From contig JALEPP010000050.1 of assembly GCA_022767075.1 (NCBI GenBank), forward strand, positions 120-64,119: a DNA stretch of 64,000 nucleotides, read 5' to 3'. A model generated the notes under the pieces. That model was not told the DNA's origin and did no database searches. It was given only the letters and a program-made list of their open reading frames with translations. Below, piece by piece: positions 39,259 to 48,164 of this stretch; within the stretch, counting starts at the first letter, position 1, and each line of letters starts with the position of its first letter. Made by a program: the position numbers and the translations under genes. Source of the DNA: Agathobacter sp. GTDB lineage: Bacteria > Bacillota > Clostridia > Lachnospirales > Lachnospiraceae.

Positions 39259-40023
39259 TTATTTATTACCAAAAATTCCCTCTACATCAATTTCAGCGTA
39301 GCACTGTGAACAGAAACCTTCAATAACAGCGCCGTTGTTGATCTGAACAGAACGGGATTTGATGTTACCCATAATAACTGCTGAGGTATCGATAACAACC
39401 GGTCCCTGAACATCAATGTCTCCCTTTACAGCACCGGCGATAACTGCTGAAGTAGCTGAGATATTACCGATAATCACAGAGCCAGCTCCTACCTTAACGG
39501 TTCCTGTACTAACTACCTCTCCTTCGATTTTTGCAACATCTGCAAAGAATTCTGATGAAGAGCTGTTACCATTAATGGTACCGGTAACTACCATCTTTCC
39601 GTTACATGACACATTACCATTGATGGTTCCCTGAATATCAAAGGAACCGGCTGATGTAATATCACCAGTAAGTGTAGTTCCTTTTGTGATGATAGAAGTC
39701 TCATCTGCGATTGCTCCATTGTTAACATTTACGTTGTCCATTTTACGCTCCTCTTTTTCTGTCTTTCTTACACTGTTTACCAGCTCTGTTTCCTTAACCT
39801 CTGCGATTGTAACAGGTTTTTCCTGCTGTGGCTTTGTCTCAGTTGCACTTACCTGCTCTAACAGTCCGTCTAACTTTGAGAGCTCTGACTGTACATCCAC
39901 ATCTTCCCCTAATGTGTCCACGATAAGATCATCTTTTTCTGCAATGTCCATGTCGTCTGAACCAGGAGTCAGCTCGTTCACCGCCTGTGCAAAATCCTCT
40001 TTAAAATCTTTAAAAAGTCCCAT
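39259..40023 (-). CDS. Bactofilin (polymer-forming cytoskeletal protein, CcmA family) with long N-terminal extension
   Basis: SIITKGTTLTGDI...IQGTINGNV...IAGAVKGDI...AVIMGNIKSRSVQINNGAVIEG beta-helix pattern; GGAGG before ATG at 40023. Confidence 0.88.
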   Translation of the reverse strand: MGLFKDFKEDFAQAVNELTPGSDDMDIAEKDDLIVDTLGEDVDVQSELSKLDGLLEQVSATETKPQQEKPVTIAEVKETELVNSVRKTEKEERKMDNVNVNNGAIADETSIITKGTTLTGDITSAGSFDIQGTINGNVSCNGKMVVTGTINGNSSSSEFFADVAKIEGEVVSTGTVKVGAGSVIIGNISATSAVIAGAVKGDIDVQGPVVIDTSAVIMGNIKSRSVQINNGAVIEGFCSQCYAEIDVEGIFGNK

Positions 40024-40035
40024 ATGTTCCTCCAT

Positions 40036-40977
40036 TTATTCAATACTGTCTTCTTTTAGGTATTGAATTACTTTTGTATTTTCATCAATTGGAAGTAGCT
40101 GTACATTCTGTTGCTGTAACGTCTCAATCAATGTACCTAAAGCCGCCACCGTGTTCTCTTTTCCCTCTCCATCATGGAGTAAAACAACAGACGTCTTGTA
40201 TTTCTGCACACCGGCTACCACGTTGTCCACAACATCCTGGCTGGTGTAGTCATTGGTAGCATCTCCTGCTGAAACATTCCAATCGAAATATGTAACACCC
40301 TTATCTTTTAAAACCTTGGCAAACTCCCGCATATCCACATTTGTAACTGTATTGCCGCTTCCGCCCGGGAAACGATATAATTTACAGTCTTCCTCTGTCA
40401 CTTCGTTCAGGTAACCATGTATCAGATCATAATCTGTGGTAAATGCATCTACTGAGCTATAAATTGTCGAAAAGCTGTTAGAATAGGAACGCATTCCCAG
40501 AGTATGTCCCTCATCCTTGATTCTCTTATAGATTGCTTCATTTTCTTCACTAGGGTTACCCACTACAAAGAAAGTGGCCTTTATCTGATAAGTTTGTAAA
40601 ATATCAAGAATCTCTTCTGTATTTTCTGTCGGGCCGCCATCAAAGGTCAAATAAACCTGATGGGTATCTCCCTCCTTGGCAAGGTTCTCCGGATCATCAA
40701 TCCCCGAAAGAACTTCCGAATCCTGTGTGTCATTTACAGACGAAACATTCTCTTCCCTCTCTGTACCGGGAATCATCCCTTCATAAGCATTCAGCTGTGT
40801 GGTAATATTCTTCAGCTGACGCTGCAGGGATATCATTCCAACAGATAACAGCACAATTGCAATGAGTGAACCAAGCATCCAGACTACTATTGTAATCACA
40901 ATGGCCTTCTTCATTCGGTTCACACGTCTTCGCCTCAGTCTTTGCTGATTCAGGGTATCATTGTCGCTTGTACCCAT
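40036..40977 (-). CDS. Membrane-anchored polysaccharide-deacetylase-like (NodB/CE4) protein with degenerate metal site
   Basis: Arg-rich N-terminus, TM, coiled coil; YLTFDGGP, KATFFVVG, GHTLGMRSYSN, YRFPGGS, FDWNV, VLLHD. Confidence 0.88.
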   Translation of the reverse strand: MGTSDNDTLNQQRLRRRRVNRMKKAIVITIVVWMLGSLIAIVLLSVGMISLQRQLKNITTQLNAYEGMIPGTEREENVSSVNDTQDSEVLSGIDDPENLAKEGDTHQVYLTFDGGPTENTEEILDILQTYQIKATFFVVGNPSEENEAIYKRIKDEGHTLGMRSYSNSFSTIYSSVDAFTTDYDLIHGYLNEVTEEDCKLYRFPGGSGNTVTNVDMREFAKVLKDKGVTYFDWNVSAGDATNDYTSQDVVDNVVAGVQKYKTSVVLLHDGEGKENTVAALGTLIETLQQQNVQLLPIDENTKVIQYLKEDSIE

Positions 40978-41008
40978 AAATTACCTCCGGCTGAAATTGT
41001 ACCATTTC

Positions 41009-41036
41009 ATTTTATCATATTTTGAAGCAAAGTAAA
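41009..41036 (-). promoter_or_regulatory. Possible promoter for the deacetylase-like/bactofilin pair
   Basis: TTTACT-16bp-TAAAAT with extended TG. Confidence 0.45.
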
Positions 41037-41046
41037 CAAAACAATC

Positions 41047-41934
41047 CTATTTTGTTCGTGCCTTTCCAAAGAAAAATAACGCAACGGTTCCCGGACCGGT
41101 ATGACTGCCAATGGTAGTTCCGATATTAAAAATAGAAACAGGCTCCGCAAGATTTGGGAAGGTCTCTTCTACGAGCTTTTTCACAGCCTGTGCATCTTCT
41201 AAGCACTCAGAATGTGAAATATAGCATTTTCCCGAATACTCAGTTCCGTCTACGGTCCATTCAACCATTTTATTGACAATCTCTTTGATTACTTTTTTCT
41301 TTCCTCTGATGTTTGCTCTGGGAATTAACTGACCTTCATCATTGACATTCAGCAGAGGACAAATACCAAGGATTCCACCGATAGTACCTGCTGTCTTTGA
41401 AACCCTTCCTCCTCGAATAAAAAAGGTCAAATCGGTAGAAAAGAACCAGGAATTCACTTCCCCTTTGTGAGCCTCAGCCCACTGGAAGGCTTCCTCAGCT
41501 GTTTTTCCTTCATCTCTGAGGGTTGAAATAGCATCCACTAAAAGTGCAAATCCGGAAGAAGCGCAAAGGGAATCAACAATATATACTTTTCTATCCGGAT
41601 ACTTCTCTTCCATCATTTCCTTTGCAATACAAGCTGAGTTGTATGTTCCGGAAATTCCTGATGAAAGGGTCACATGAACAATATCCTGTCCCTCTGCTAA
41701 AAACGTTTCAAAGAATTCACAATACTCATCCGCATTGACCTGGGCAGTTTTGGTCTCTGCACCATCTATCATTGCCTGATAGAAATCCTTTAGCTTCATG
41801 GTTTTTTCCATGTCATCCATATATGGTTTTCCATCTAAGAAATAGTGAAAGCATACATAGTGTATGTCTCTCTCCCGATAAAACTCTTCTGATGCATCAG
41901 CTGTTGAACAGCAGGTTAACACAAATTTACCCAT
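41047..41934 (-). CDS. DegV/FakB-family fatty-acid-binding protein
   Basis: KTAQVN, LSSGISGTYNSA, VDSLCAS, GGRVS, IGSHTGPG. Confidence 0.93.
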   Translation of the reverse strand: MGKFVLTCCSTADASEEFYRERDIHYVCFHYFLDGKPYMDDMEKTMKLKDFYQAMIDGAETKTAQVNADEYCEFFETFLAEGQDIVHVTLSSGISGTYNSACIAKEMMEEKYPDRKVYIVDSLCASSGFALLVDAISTLRDEGKTAEEAFQWAEAHKGEVNSWFFSTDLTFFIRGGRVSKTAGTIGGILGICPLLNVNDEGQLIPRANIRGKKKVIKEIVNKMVEWTVDGTEYSGKCYISHSECLEDAQAVKKLVEETFPNLAEPVSIFNIGTTIGSHTGPGTVALFFFGKARTK

Positions 41935-41951
41935 AATGAATCTCCTTTTTT

Positions 41952-41989
41952 AAAAAAGCCCCGAAAACGCTTTCGTGTCTTCGGGGCTT
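41952..41989 (-). terminator. Intrinsic terminator of rpsB-tsf
   Basis: AAGCCCCGAA...TTCGGGGCTT followed by a U-run. Confidence 0.85.
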
Positions 41990-42004
41990 ATGAATTGACC
42001 TAAA

Positions 42005-43081
42005 TTAGCCGAGCTGAGCAGCAACTTCAGCAGCGAAGTCCTCGTTCTTCTTCTCCATACCTTCTCCAACTTCGAAACGAACAACCTTTGCGATTGAAAG
42101 TTCTTTGTTTACAGATGTAAGGTACTGAGCTACTGTCTGTTTACCATCTTCAGCCTTAACGTAAACCTGATCAAGAAGGCAGATCTCTTTTAACTGCTTA
42201 GAAATACGTCCCTCAACCAATCCGCTGAACATTTTCTCAGCTACGATAGCTTCCTTGTCAGCCATTGCTAACTCTGCAAGCTGTGCCTTAGCAGCATCTG
42301 ACATGAAGTTCCATACGAAGTTCATATTGCTCTTATGCTCGTTGAATGCAGCAACATCTTCTGCGCTCCATACTCCAGCCATAGCCTTGTCAAGCAGCTT
42401 CTGAAGAATTGGCTTTGGAAGTGTAGTAGCATCGTTTAATGCACTGTCAACAGTGATATCCTTAATCTTTGCAAGTTCTTCCTCTGAGATTTCTGCTCTT
42501 GAAACGTACTGTGGATTCATAGCAGCTACCTGCATAGCGATGTTAGAAAGTGCTTCCTTGGCAGCATCATCTGATGCGCCGTTACCAGCAACTAATACAC
42601 CAATTCTTCCACCACCGTGGATGTATGAAGCAACAACATCTCCTGAAAGCTTGCTGAATCTACGAACTGATAATTTCTCACCAATTGTAGATGTCTTCTC
42701 AACGAGAAGCTCGCTTAATCCGTTGATAGCAAGAAGAGCTTCAATATCCTCTCCATTTGCTCCACCGTTTAACTCTGAAGCAAGAGCTGTATCAGCAACA
42801 GTCTGTACAAACTCCTGGAAAGTCTCGTTCTTTGCAACGAAGTCTGTCTCTGAGTTCACTTCAACAACTACTGCTGTATTTCCGTCAACTGCAACGCGGG
42901 TAATTCCTTCTGCAGCAATTCTGCTCTGCTTCTTTACAGCCTTAGCTGCACCGCTTTTTCTTAAAACCTCAACTGCGGCATCCATATCTCCGTCAGTCTC
43001 GTTTAATGCTTTTTTACAATCCATCATTCCTGCGCCGGTAAGTTCACGCAGTTCTTTTACCATAGAAGCTGTGATTGCCAT
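42005..43081 (-). CDS. tsf: Elongation factor Ts (long form, 358 aa)
   Basis: VKELRELTGAGMMDCKKAL, EVNSETDFVAKN, YIHGGGRIG, RFEVGEG. Confidence 0.99.
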   Translation of the reverse strand: MAITASMVKELRELTGAGMMDCKKALNETDGDMDAAVEVLRKSGAAKAVKKQSRIAAEGITRVAVDGNTAVVVEVNSETDFVAKNETFQEFVQTVADTALASELNGGANGEDIEALLAINGLSELLVEKTSTIGEKLSVRRFSKLSGDVVASYIHGGGRIGVLVAGNGASDDAAKEALSNIAMQVAAMNPQYVSRAEISEEELAKIKDITVDSALNDATTLPKPILQKLLDKAMAGVWSAEDVAAFNEHKSNMNFVWNFMSDAAKAQLAELAMADKEAIVAEKMFSGLVEGRISKQLKEICLLDQVYVKAEDGKQTVAQYLTSVNKELSIAKVVRFEVGEGMEKKNEDFAAEVAAQLG

Positions 43082-43135
43082 TATTTTTTCCTCCAAAAAT
43101 GAATTAATGTCTGTTTGAATACTTCTTTCTCTGAA

Positions 43136-43870
43136 TTATTCTTCTGTAGCTTCAACTTCAGCAGTCTCTTCTGGAGCAACTACTTCAGCACCCTGTTTTG
43201 CTTCGATAACAGCATCTGCCATCTTAGAAACGATAAGCTTAACTGCACGGATAGCATCATCATTTCCTGGGATAACGTAATCAAGCTCTTCTGGATCACA
43301 GTTTGTATCAGCGATACCGATCAATGTAATTCCAAGTGACTGTGCCTCCTGGATACAGATTCTTTCCTTCTTAGGATCTACTACGAAAATTGCATCTGGG
43401 ATTCTCTTCATATCCTTGATTCCACCAAGGTTCTTCTCGAGCTTCTCCCACTCTTTTTTAATCTTAATAACTTCTTTCTTAGGAAGAACATCAAAGGTTC
43501 CATCCTCTGCCATAGTCTCGATTGCTTTCAAACGTGCAATACGGCTCTGGATTGTCTTGAAGTTGGTAAGCATACCACCTAACCATCTCTCGTTTACGTA
43601 GTACATTCCACAACGCTCTGCCTCAGTCTTGATAGCATCCTGAGCCTGTTTCTTGGTACCAACGAAAAGAATAGTTCCACCCTGAGCTGCAATATCAGAT
43701 ACTGCATCGTAAGCTTCATCTACTTTACCAACCGACTTCTGTAAGTCGATGATGTAGATACCGTTACGCTCGGTGTAGATGTATGGAGCCATTTTTGGGT
43801 TCCATCTTCTGGTCTGATGTCCGAAATGAACACCTGCTTCTAATAACTGTTTCATTGAAATAACGCTCAT
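43136..43870 (-). CDS. rpsB: 30S ribosomal protein S2
   Basis: [37 protein letters not shown]. Confidence 0.99.
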   Translation of the reverse strand: MSVISMKQLLEAGVHFGHQTRRWNPKMAPYIYTERNGIYIIDLQKSVGKVDEAYDAVSDIAAQGGTILFVGTKKQAQDAIKTEAERCGMYYVNERWLGGMLTNFKTIQSRIARLKAIETMAEDGTFDVLPKKEVIKIKKEWEKLEKNLGGIKDMKRIPDAIFVVDPKKERICIQEAQSLGITLIGIADTNCDPEELDYVIPGNDDAIRAVKLIVSKMADAVIEAKQGAEVVAPEETAEVEATEE

Positions 43871-43879
43871 TTTTTTACC

Positions 43880-43975
43880 TCCATTGGTTAAAATCTTCCA
43901 TGTGTATCCACCGACTCTGTAACCGGTGTGCGTCGTTCCGGCACCAACTGAGCCGTCAACACATGTGTATTGTTA
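43880..43975 (-). ncRNA. Probable S2 (rpsB) leader regulatory RNA
   Basis: Structured leader between promoter and RBS: ACACATGTG...GACGGCTC..TTGGTGCCGG...CCGGTT..GAGTCGGT..ATACACATG. Confidence 0.55.
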
Positions 43976-43978
43976 ATT

Positions 43979-44019
43979 AAAGCCTTTGGTATTATATCAT
44001 CCCAAAGGCTTTGGTGCAA
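43979..44019 (-). promoter_or_regulatory. rpsB promoter overlapping an 11-bp inverted repeat
   Basis: TTGCAC(44014-44019)-17bp-TATAAT(43991-43996) with extended TG; AAAGCCTTTGG-12nt-CCAAAGGCTTT. Confidence 0.75.
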
Positions 44020-44665
44020 GTAAAATTTTAACGATTTCTTCATAGGTAGAACCCATTGGAATCTCGTAGGTTCCCGGAAGAATCTCCTCGGACTTTCCTG
44101 TCTCCCCTAAATATTTCATAAACGCCTCTGCATCATCCACCAGGCCTTCCTTCTTAAGGGACTCGCTTATCTGACGTCCAAACTGACCTTTTGAGATTAC
44201 TAAGGTTACCATTTTCCCTTCGGTGTCGCTTCCGGCATCTTCTGTACCGGTTCCATTATCTCCTGTTCCACCTTCATTATCTCCTATACCGCCCTCGTTA
44301 TCTCCTGTGACAGTTCCGATATCGCCTGTGACGGTTCCATTATCTCCTGTGACAGTTCCGTTATCACCTGTGACGGTTCCATTATCTCCTGTGACGCCCT
44401 CGTTATCTTCTGCGCCGTTCTGGGTATCTCCCGTCACATTCTCTTCTGTCTCGCCCTGCTCACTCTGTCCTGTTTCCGTCTGGGTATCTTCCCGATAATC
44501 TTCGATTTTCCCGGAATCAGCCATTACCATTCCAAGCTGCTTTGCTCTGTTTATCACTTCCTGGTCAGATAGTTCCCTTTTTGTCTGACTAAAGGAAATA
44601 GCAAGAATTATGGTGGTAACCAGAATTCCTACGGCCAATCCTCTCAAATAGTATTTTAATTTCAT
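43997..44665 (-). CDS. Membrane-anchored protein with repeat linker and MltG/YceG-like N-terminal subdomain only
   Basis: YYLRGLAVGI TM, LSDQEVINRAKQLGM, ISESLKKEGLVDDAEAF, PGTYEIPMGSTYEEIVKIL. Confidence 0.7.
   Translation of the reverse strand: MKLKYYLRGLAVGILVTTIILAISFSQTKRELSDQEVINRAKQLGMVMADSGKIEDYREDTQTETGQSEQGETEENVTGDTQNGAEDNEGVTGDNGTVTGDNGTVTGDNGTVTGDIGTVTGDNEGGIGDNEGGTGDNGTGTEDAGSDTEGKMVTLVISKGQFGRQISESLKKEGLVDDAEAFMKYLGETGKSEEILPGTYEIPMGSTYEEIVKILLAPKPLG
44250..44407 (-). repeat. 21-bp coding tandem repeat, about 7 units of (TVTGDNG)
   Basis: GVTGDNGTVTGDNGTVTGDNGTVTGDIGTVTGDNEGGIGDNEGGTGDNG. Confidence 0.9.
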
Positions 44666-44705
44666 TTTCTATATTTCCTATATCACCATGCGCTGTCTCT
44701 GAACT

Positions 44706-45395
44706 CTACGCCTCACCCGGTTGATACAAACCAAGCACAAGCTTTACTTCTCCAAGGCCGAGGCCAAGCTCTTTTGCGATCTCCACATCACTAAGCCCCG
44801 CCTTATGGCACTCCAATATCTTATCATTGTGATTGTTTACATTAAGATCCACATGCTTAGAAGCCCCAATGGAAGCAATCTCCACAGATTCCTTTAACAC
44901 TTCTTCCTGATTGATTGGCTGTGTCTCTTCCATTTTATGTTCCAAATCCAATGCATTACTTGATAGCTTTCCAAGAATCTCATTTTCTGCAGCTTTCATC
45001 TTTTCCGAAAAACCGGAAAGCTCCGACGCCAGTCCTGTGAGTTCACTGTGCTTATCATTTAACATACTATATAGAAACATAATTTCATTATGTGATTTAT
45101 TGATCGCTTCCAGCACTGTATCTGAGTACTCGCTGATAGCCATAATTTTCTCGTTGGTTTCTTTCTCCATCCCCCGATCTGCAATTGCCATAGAGTCATC
45201 CAGATGTTCCTCTATTTTATCCAATATCTGCTGATCGGCCTGCTTCATTTCCTTTTCTATAATGAGGTCTAACTGCTTCTTGCTCTGCTTTGCAATATAA
45301 TCCAAATCCTTTGGACTAAGCTTTTCTTCTATAAAAAAGCTTACTACAAAGATTGCAACCCCAATCAATACTAATGTAATCTCTAATGCTGTCAT
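44706..45395 (-). CDS. DUF6115-type membrane/coiled-coil protein with C-terminal HTH-like motif (SwrB-like)
   Basis: N-terminal TM; GLSDVEIAKELGLGLGEVKLVL; distal part of fla/che operon. Confidence 0.65.
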   Translation of the reverse strand: MTALEITLVLIGVAIFVVSFFIEEKLSPKDLDYIAKQSKKQLDLIIEKEMKQADQQILDKIEEHLDDSMAIADRGMEKETNEKIMAISEYSDTVLEAINKSHNEIMFLYSMLNDKHSELTGLASELSGFSEKMKAAENEILGKLSSNALDLEHKMEETQPINQEEVLKESVEIASIGASKHVDLNVNNHNDKILECHKAGLSDVEIAKELGLGLGEVKLVLGLYQPGEA

Positions 45396-45411
45396 GCCAT
45401 ATCACCTGTCA

Positions 45412-45735
45412 TCATATTTTCACGTCAAAGCCACCGGAAACCTGTTTTTTTACAACCTTGTCTGTGTTTTTGCTCTGCTTTTTATTCTTTGAGCCGTGGT
45501 TATTCCGGGAGTAAGCGCCTCCGTTTCCTCCCTCTTTTGCATCATATGCATGTTCCTTCATGCGCTCTTTATCCCCCGGTTGTACCTGGTGGGTTTTCTT
45601 GTCCGTTTCCCGGACAACCTGGGTCTGAATATTCATCTGATCATTCACTGCTTTTTGATCCTGGTGATGCTTCATGGTTCCAACATCATCTGCCCGTTGA
45701 ATCATTCCTCCAAAATCTACCGGTCTAATTGACAT
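45412..45735 (-). CDS. Hypothetical protein in the flagellar operon
   Basis: GAGGG RBS, MSIRPVDFGGMIQR N-terminus, GFDVKI C-terminus, co-oriented and tightly packed. Confidence 0.7.
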   Translation of the reverse strand: MSIRPVDFGGMIQRADDVGTMKHHQDQKAVNDQMNIQTQVVRETDKKTHQVQPGDKERMKEHAYDAKEGGNGGAYSRNNHGSKNKKQSKNTDKVVKKQVSGGFDVKI

Positions 45736-45775
45736 AACTCATTCCCTCTTTCTCTATCATCCTCGCCTTCCATTT

Positions 45776-47368
45776 TTATAATGGAGATGGCTGAATAAAT
45801 CCATCCACCTTTTGAAATTTGGAAAAAGTAACCGTCTCCTTGACATTATAGGTCATATCATTAATCTGGATTACAACTCCTGAATATGCTTTCCTTTGAA
45901 CCGATACATAGCCATGCTGTGATTCCATCATTTTTACATGAATGTCACTCATTTCTTTTCTAAGTGGTTCTAACTCTGCCTGTTGCTGTTTGCAAGACAA
46001 CGCTAGTTTCTGTACGTACAAAAGCTTATCCTGTGGCAGCACCTCACCTGCAGTAATTTTTTTGCCATAGTTTGTTACAATCACCTTCTTCTCTTCCAGG
46101 CTCTTGGACTCTTTTTCTACTAGCTTCTTCAGTTCCACGTAGCGTTCCTTCAGTGCAGGATCCACTCCGACCTCCAGTTCCGTAATGGTTCCCATTTCTG
46201 TTCCAAGCCTTTCCGCCTCAATAGCTCCTCCCGCTCGGACAGTACCACCATTGATCAGACCCTTTTTCCCCATAGCACGCACAACGGTCTTTGCAGAGAC
46301 CTCACTATTTAAGATAATCTCCGCTTCTACATATCCACCTGCCTCGACCTTTGCATTCTCAATATATCTTGCCAGAATATTGGTACCGGCCTTCAGAACC
46401 CCTTTATGCATTCCGTGAATCCCGGATTTAACAATAATCTGATTCTCCGATTCCAAATATGCATTTTCCACAACGCCGTCAATTTCAATATCACCCTTTG
46501 CCACAATGGAAAAGCCTGCCTTCACATTACCTCTGACGGTTACGCTTCCATCGTAATGAATGTTTCCTACAGAGTTGTCTACATCTCCGGTAATCTCTAA
46601 AACATTAGATACAAAAACCTTACCATTAGTCAAAGAGACGTGTCCCGTCACCATAGAGCGAAGCTCCGTATGGTCTTCATTGATCTCGATGTTCTGACCG
46701 TACTCCAAAATCATGGTTTTTACGGTACGAGGCTTTATCTCATCCCCAAACACAGTCTGTCCGCTGATTCCCGGGTCCTCTTTAATCAGTCTTGCCAGCA
46801 AATCCCCTTCATGGATATGGCTGATGGTATTGATATCCTTGTAATCTACGGAACCATCCTCATTTCTTTTCGGCTGCAGATTGCGGTTCGTATTAAAAAA
46901 ATACTCAATCTTTGCATCACGTCCGTGTACCGGCTGTGTTCCTCTTGCCATCACATAATCGGTGCAATACTGACGATTTTCCGTAAATCTAAGAATCTCC
47001 TCCTGGTCAATTCCGTATTTTACTTTACGAAATACCAAATCACTGGCTATCTCCGAATCAGATTTAAGTTTGCCTCCCTCTGATGGAGGATAAAATCTGC
47101 AGATTGCCTTCATCTTGTCCAGAGAAAACTGAACATCCATGGCCTCATGGACCGGTATCCCGTCCCATGGTCCTACAAACACCTCTGTATCCTCTTTGCT
47201 GTTCAATGCCGCGCCAATTTCTTTCACATCGTATGACTTAAAATTGCGGAAGTCCAAATACTGGGTGACTTCCGCTGCTTTTAGACATGCCCCGCCTTCC
47301 GTTGGCGGATACACATGCAAATATGCATCTTTCTCGTGAAATACGATTTGAAAATACTGATTGCTCAT
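45776..47368 (-). CDS. FapA/DUF342-family flagellar assembly protein
   Basis: DGSVDYKDI, GDVDNSVGNIHYDGSVTVRGNV, GDIEIDGVVENA beta-helix repeats. Confidence 0.85.
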   Translation of the reverse strand: MSNQYFQIVFHEKDAYLHVYPPTEGGACLKAAEVTQYLDFRNFKSYDVKEIGAALNSKEDTEVFVGPWDGIPVHEAMDVQFSLDKMKAICRFYPPSEGGKLKSDSEIASDLVFRKVKYGIDQEEILRFTENRQYCTDYVMARGTQPVHGRDAKIEYFFNTNRNLQPKRNEDGSVDYKDINTISHIHEGDLLARLIKEDPGISGQTVFGDEIKPRTVKTMILEYGQNIEINEDHTELRSMVTGHVSLTNGKVFVSNVLEITGDVDNSVGNIHYDGSVTVRGNVKAGFSIVAKGDIEIDGVVENAYLESENQIIVKSGIHGMHKGVLKAGTNILARYIENAKVEAGGYVEAEIILNSEVSAKTVVRAMGKKGLINGGTVRAGGAIEAERLGTEMGTITELEVGVDPALKERYVELKKLVEKESKSLEEKKVIVTNYGKKITAGEVLPQDKLLYVQKLALSCKQQQAELEPLRKEMSDIHVKMMESQHGYVSVQRKAYSGVVIQINDMTYNVKETVTFSKFQKVDGFIQPSPL

Positions 47369-47380
47369 ACTCTCCCCTTG

Positions 47381-48148
47381 TTATGCCTGTAATAATATTC
47401 CTAAATAATTTCCCATTTTCCCACGCATCTTGTTCAATGCTTTTGTATGAAGCTGAGACACCCTGGATTCAGATACCTCCAAAATCTTACTGATTTCCTT
47501 TAATGTCAATTCTTCATAATAATATAGTTCAATCACTCTGCGTTCCTTTTCCGTAAGGAGCTCCAAAGTTTCCATCAATTTCTCTTTTAATTCTTGTTCC
47601 TCAACTACTTCTTCCGGTCTGGCAAAATGTGAGTTGCCCCTGGTGTCCATAGCCGGCTCCGGTGCGGCACCTTCAAACTCATCTAAGGAAACAACATTGG
47701 TAACCTTCAGCTGCGACTGCCATGAGGTGAGTTCATCCTGCGTAATATCAAGTTCTTTTGCCAGTTCTTCGTCAGATGCGGTGTGACCGGTTCGCATCTC
47801 AACCTGTTTGATTGCCTCATCGATTTTCTTCTGTCTCTGACGCACGGTTCTTGGTATCCAATCCATCTTTCGAATCTGATCCAAAATTGCTCCTCGAATA
47901 CGGAGACTTGCATATGTCTCAAACTTGACATTTTTTTCCATATCGAATTTGTCAATAGCATCTATAAGGCCAAAAATACCATAGCTTACCAGATCTTCGT
48001 ACTCTACATTGTTACCAAGATACATGCTAAGCCTTCCAGCTACAAGACGAACTAACTGCGCATATTCAATAATTAGTTGTTCTCTCAATTCCGGGGTCGG
48101 TTGTTTTCGGTACAACTCCCACAGTTTTTCCTTATCAACGGATTTCAT
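47381..48148 (-). CDS. fliA: Flagellar sigma factor FliA/SigD/WhiG family
   Basis: DLVSYGIFGLIDAIDKFD, FETYASLRIRGAILDQIRKMDWIPR, VSESRVSQLH. Confidence 0.95.
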   Translation of the reverse strand: MKSVDKEKLWELYRKQPTPELREQLIIEYAQLVRLVAGRLSMYLGNNVEYEDLVSYGIFGLIDAIDKFDMEKNVKFETYASLRIRGAILDQIRKMDWIPRTVRQRQKKIDEAIKQVEMRTGHTASDEELAKELDITQDELTSWQSQLKVTNVVSLDEFEGAAPEPAMDTRGNSHFARPEEVVEEQELKEKLMETLELLTEKERRVIELYYYEELTLKEISKILEVSESRVSQLHTKALNKMRGKMGNYLGILLQA

Positions 48149-48164
48149 TCAAACACCCCAAGCT

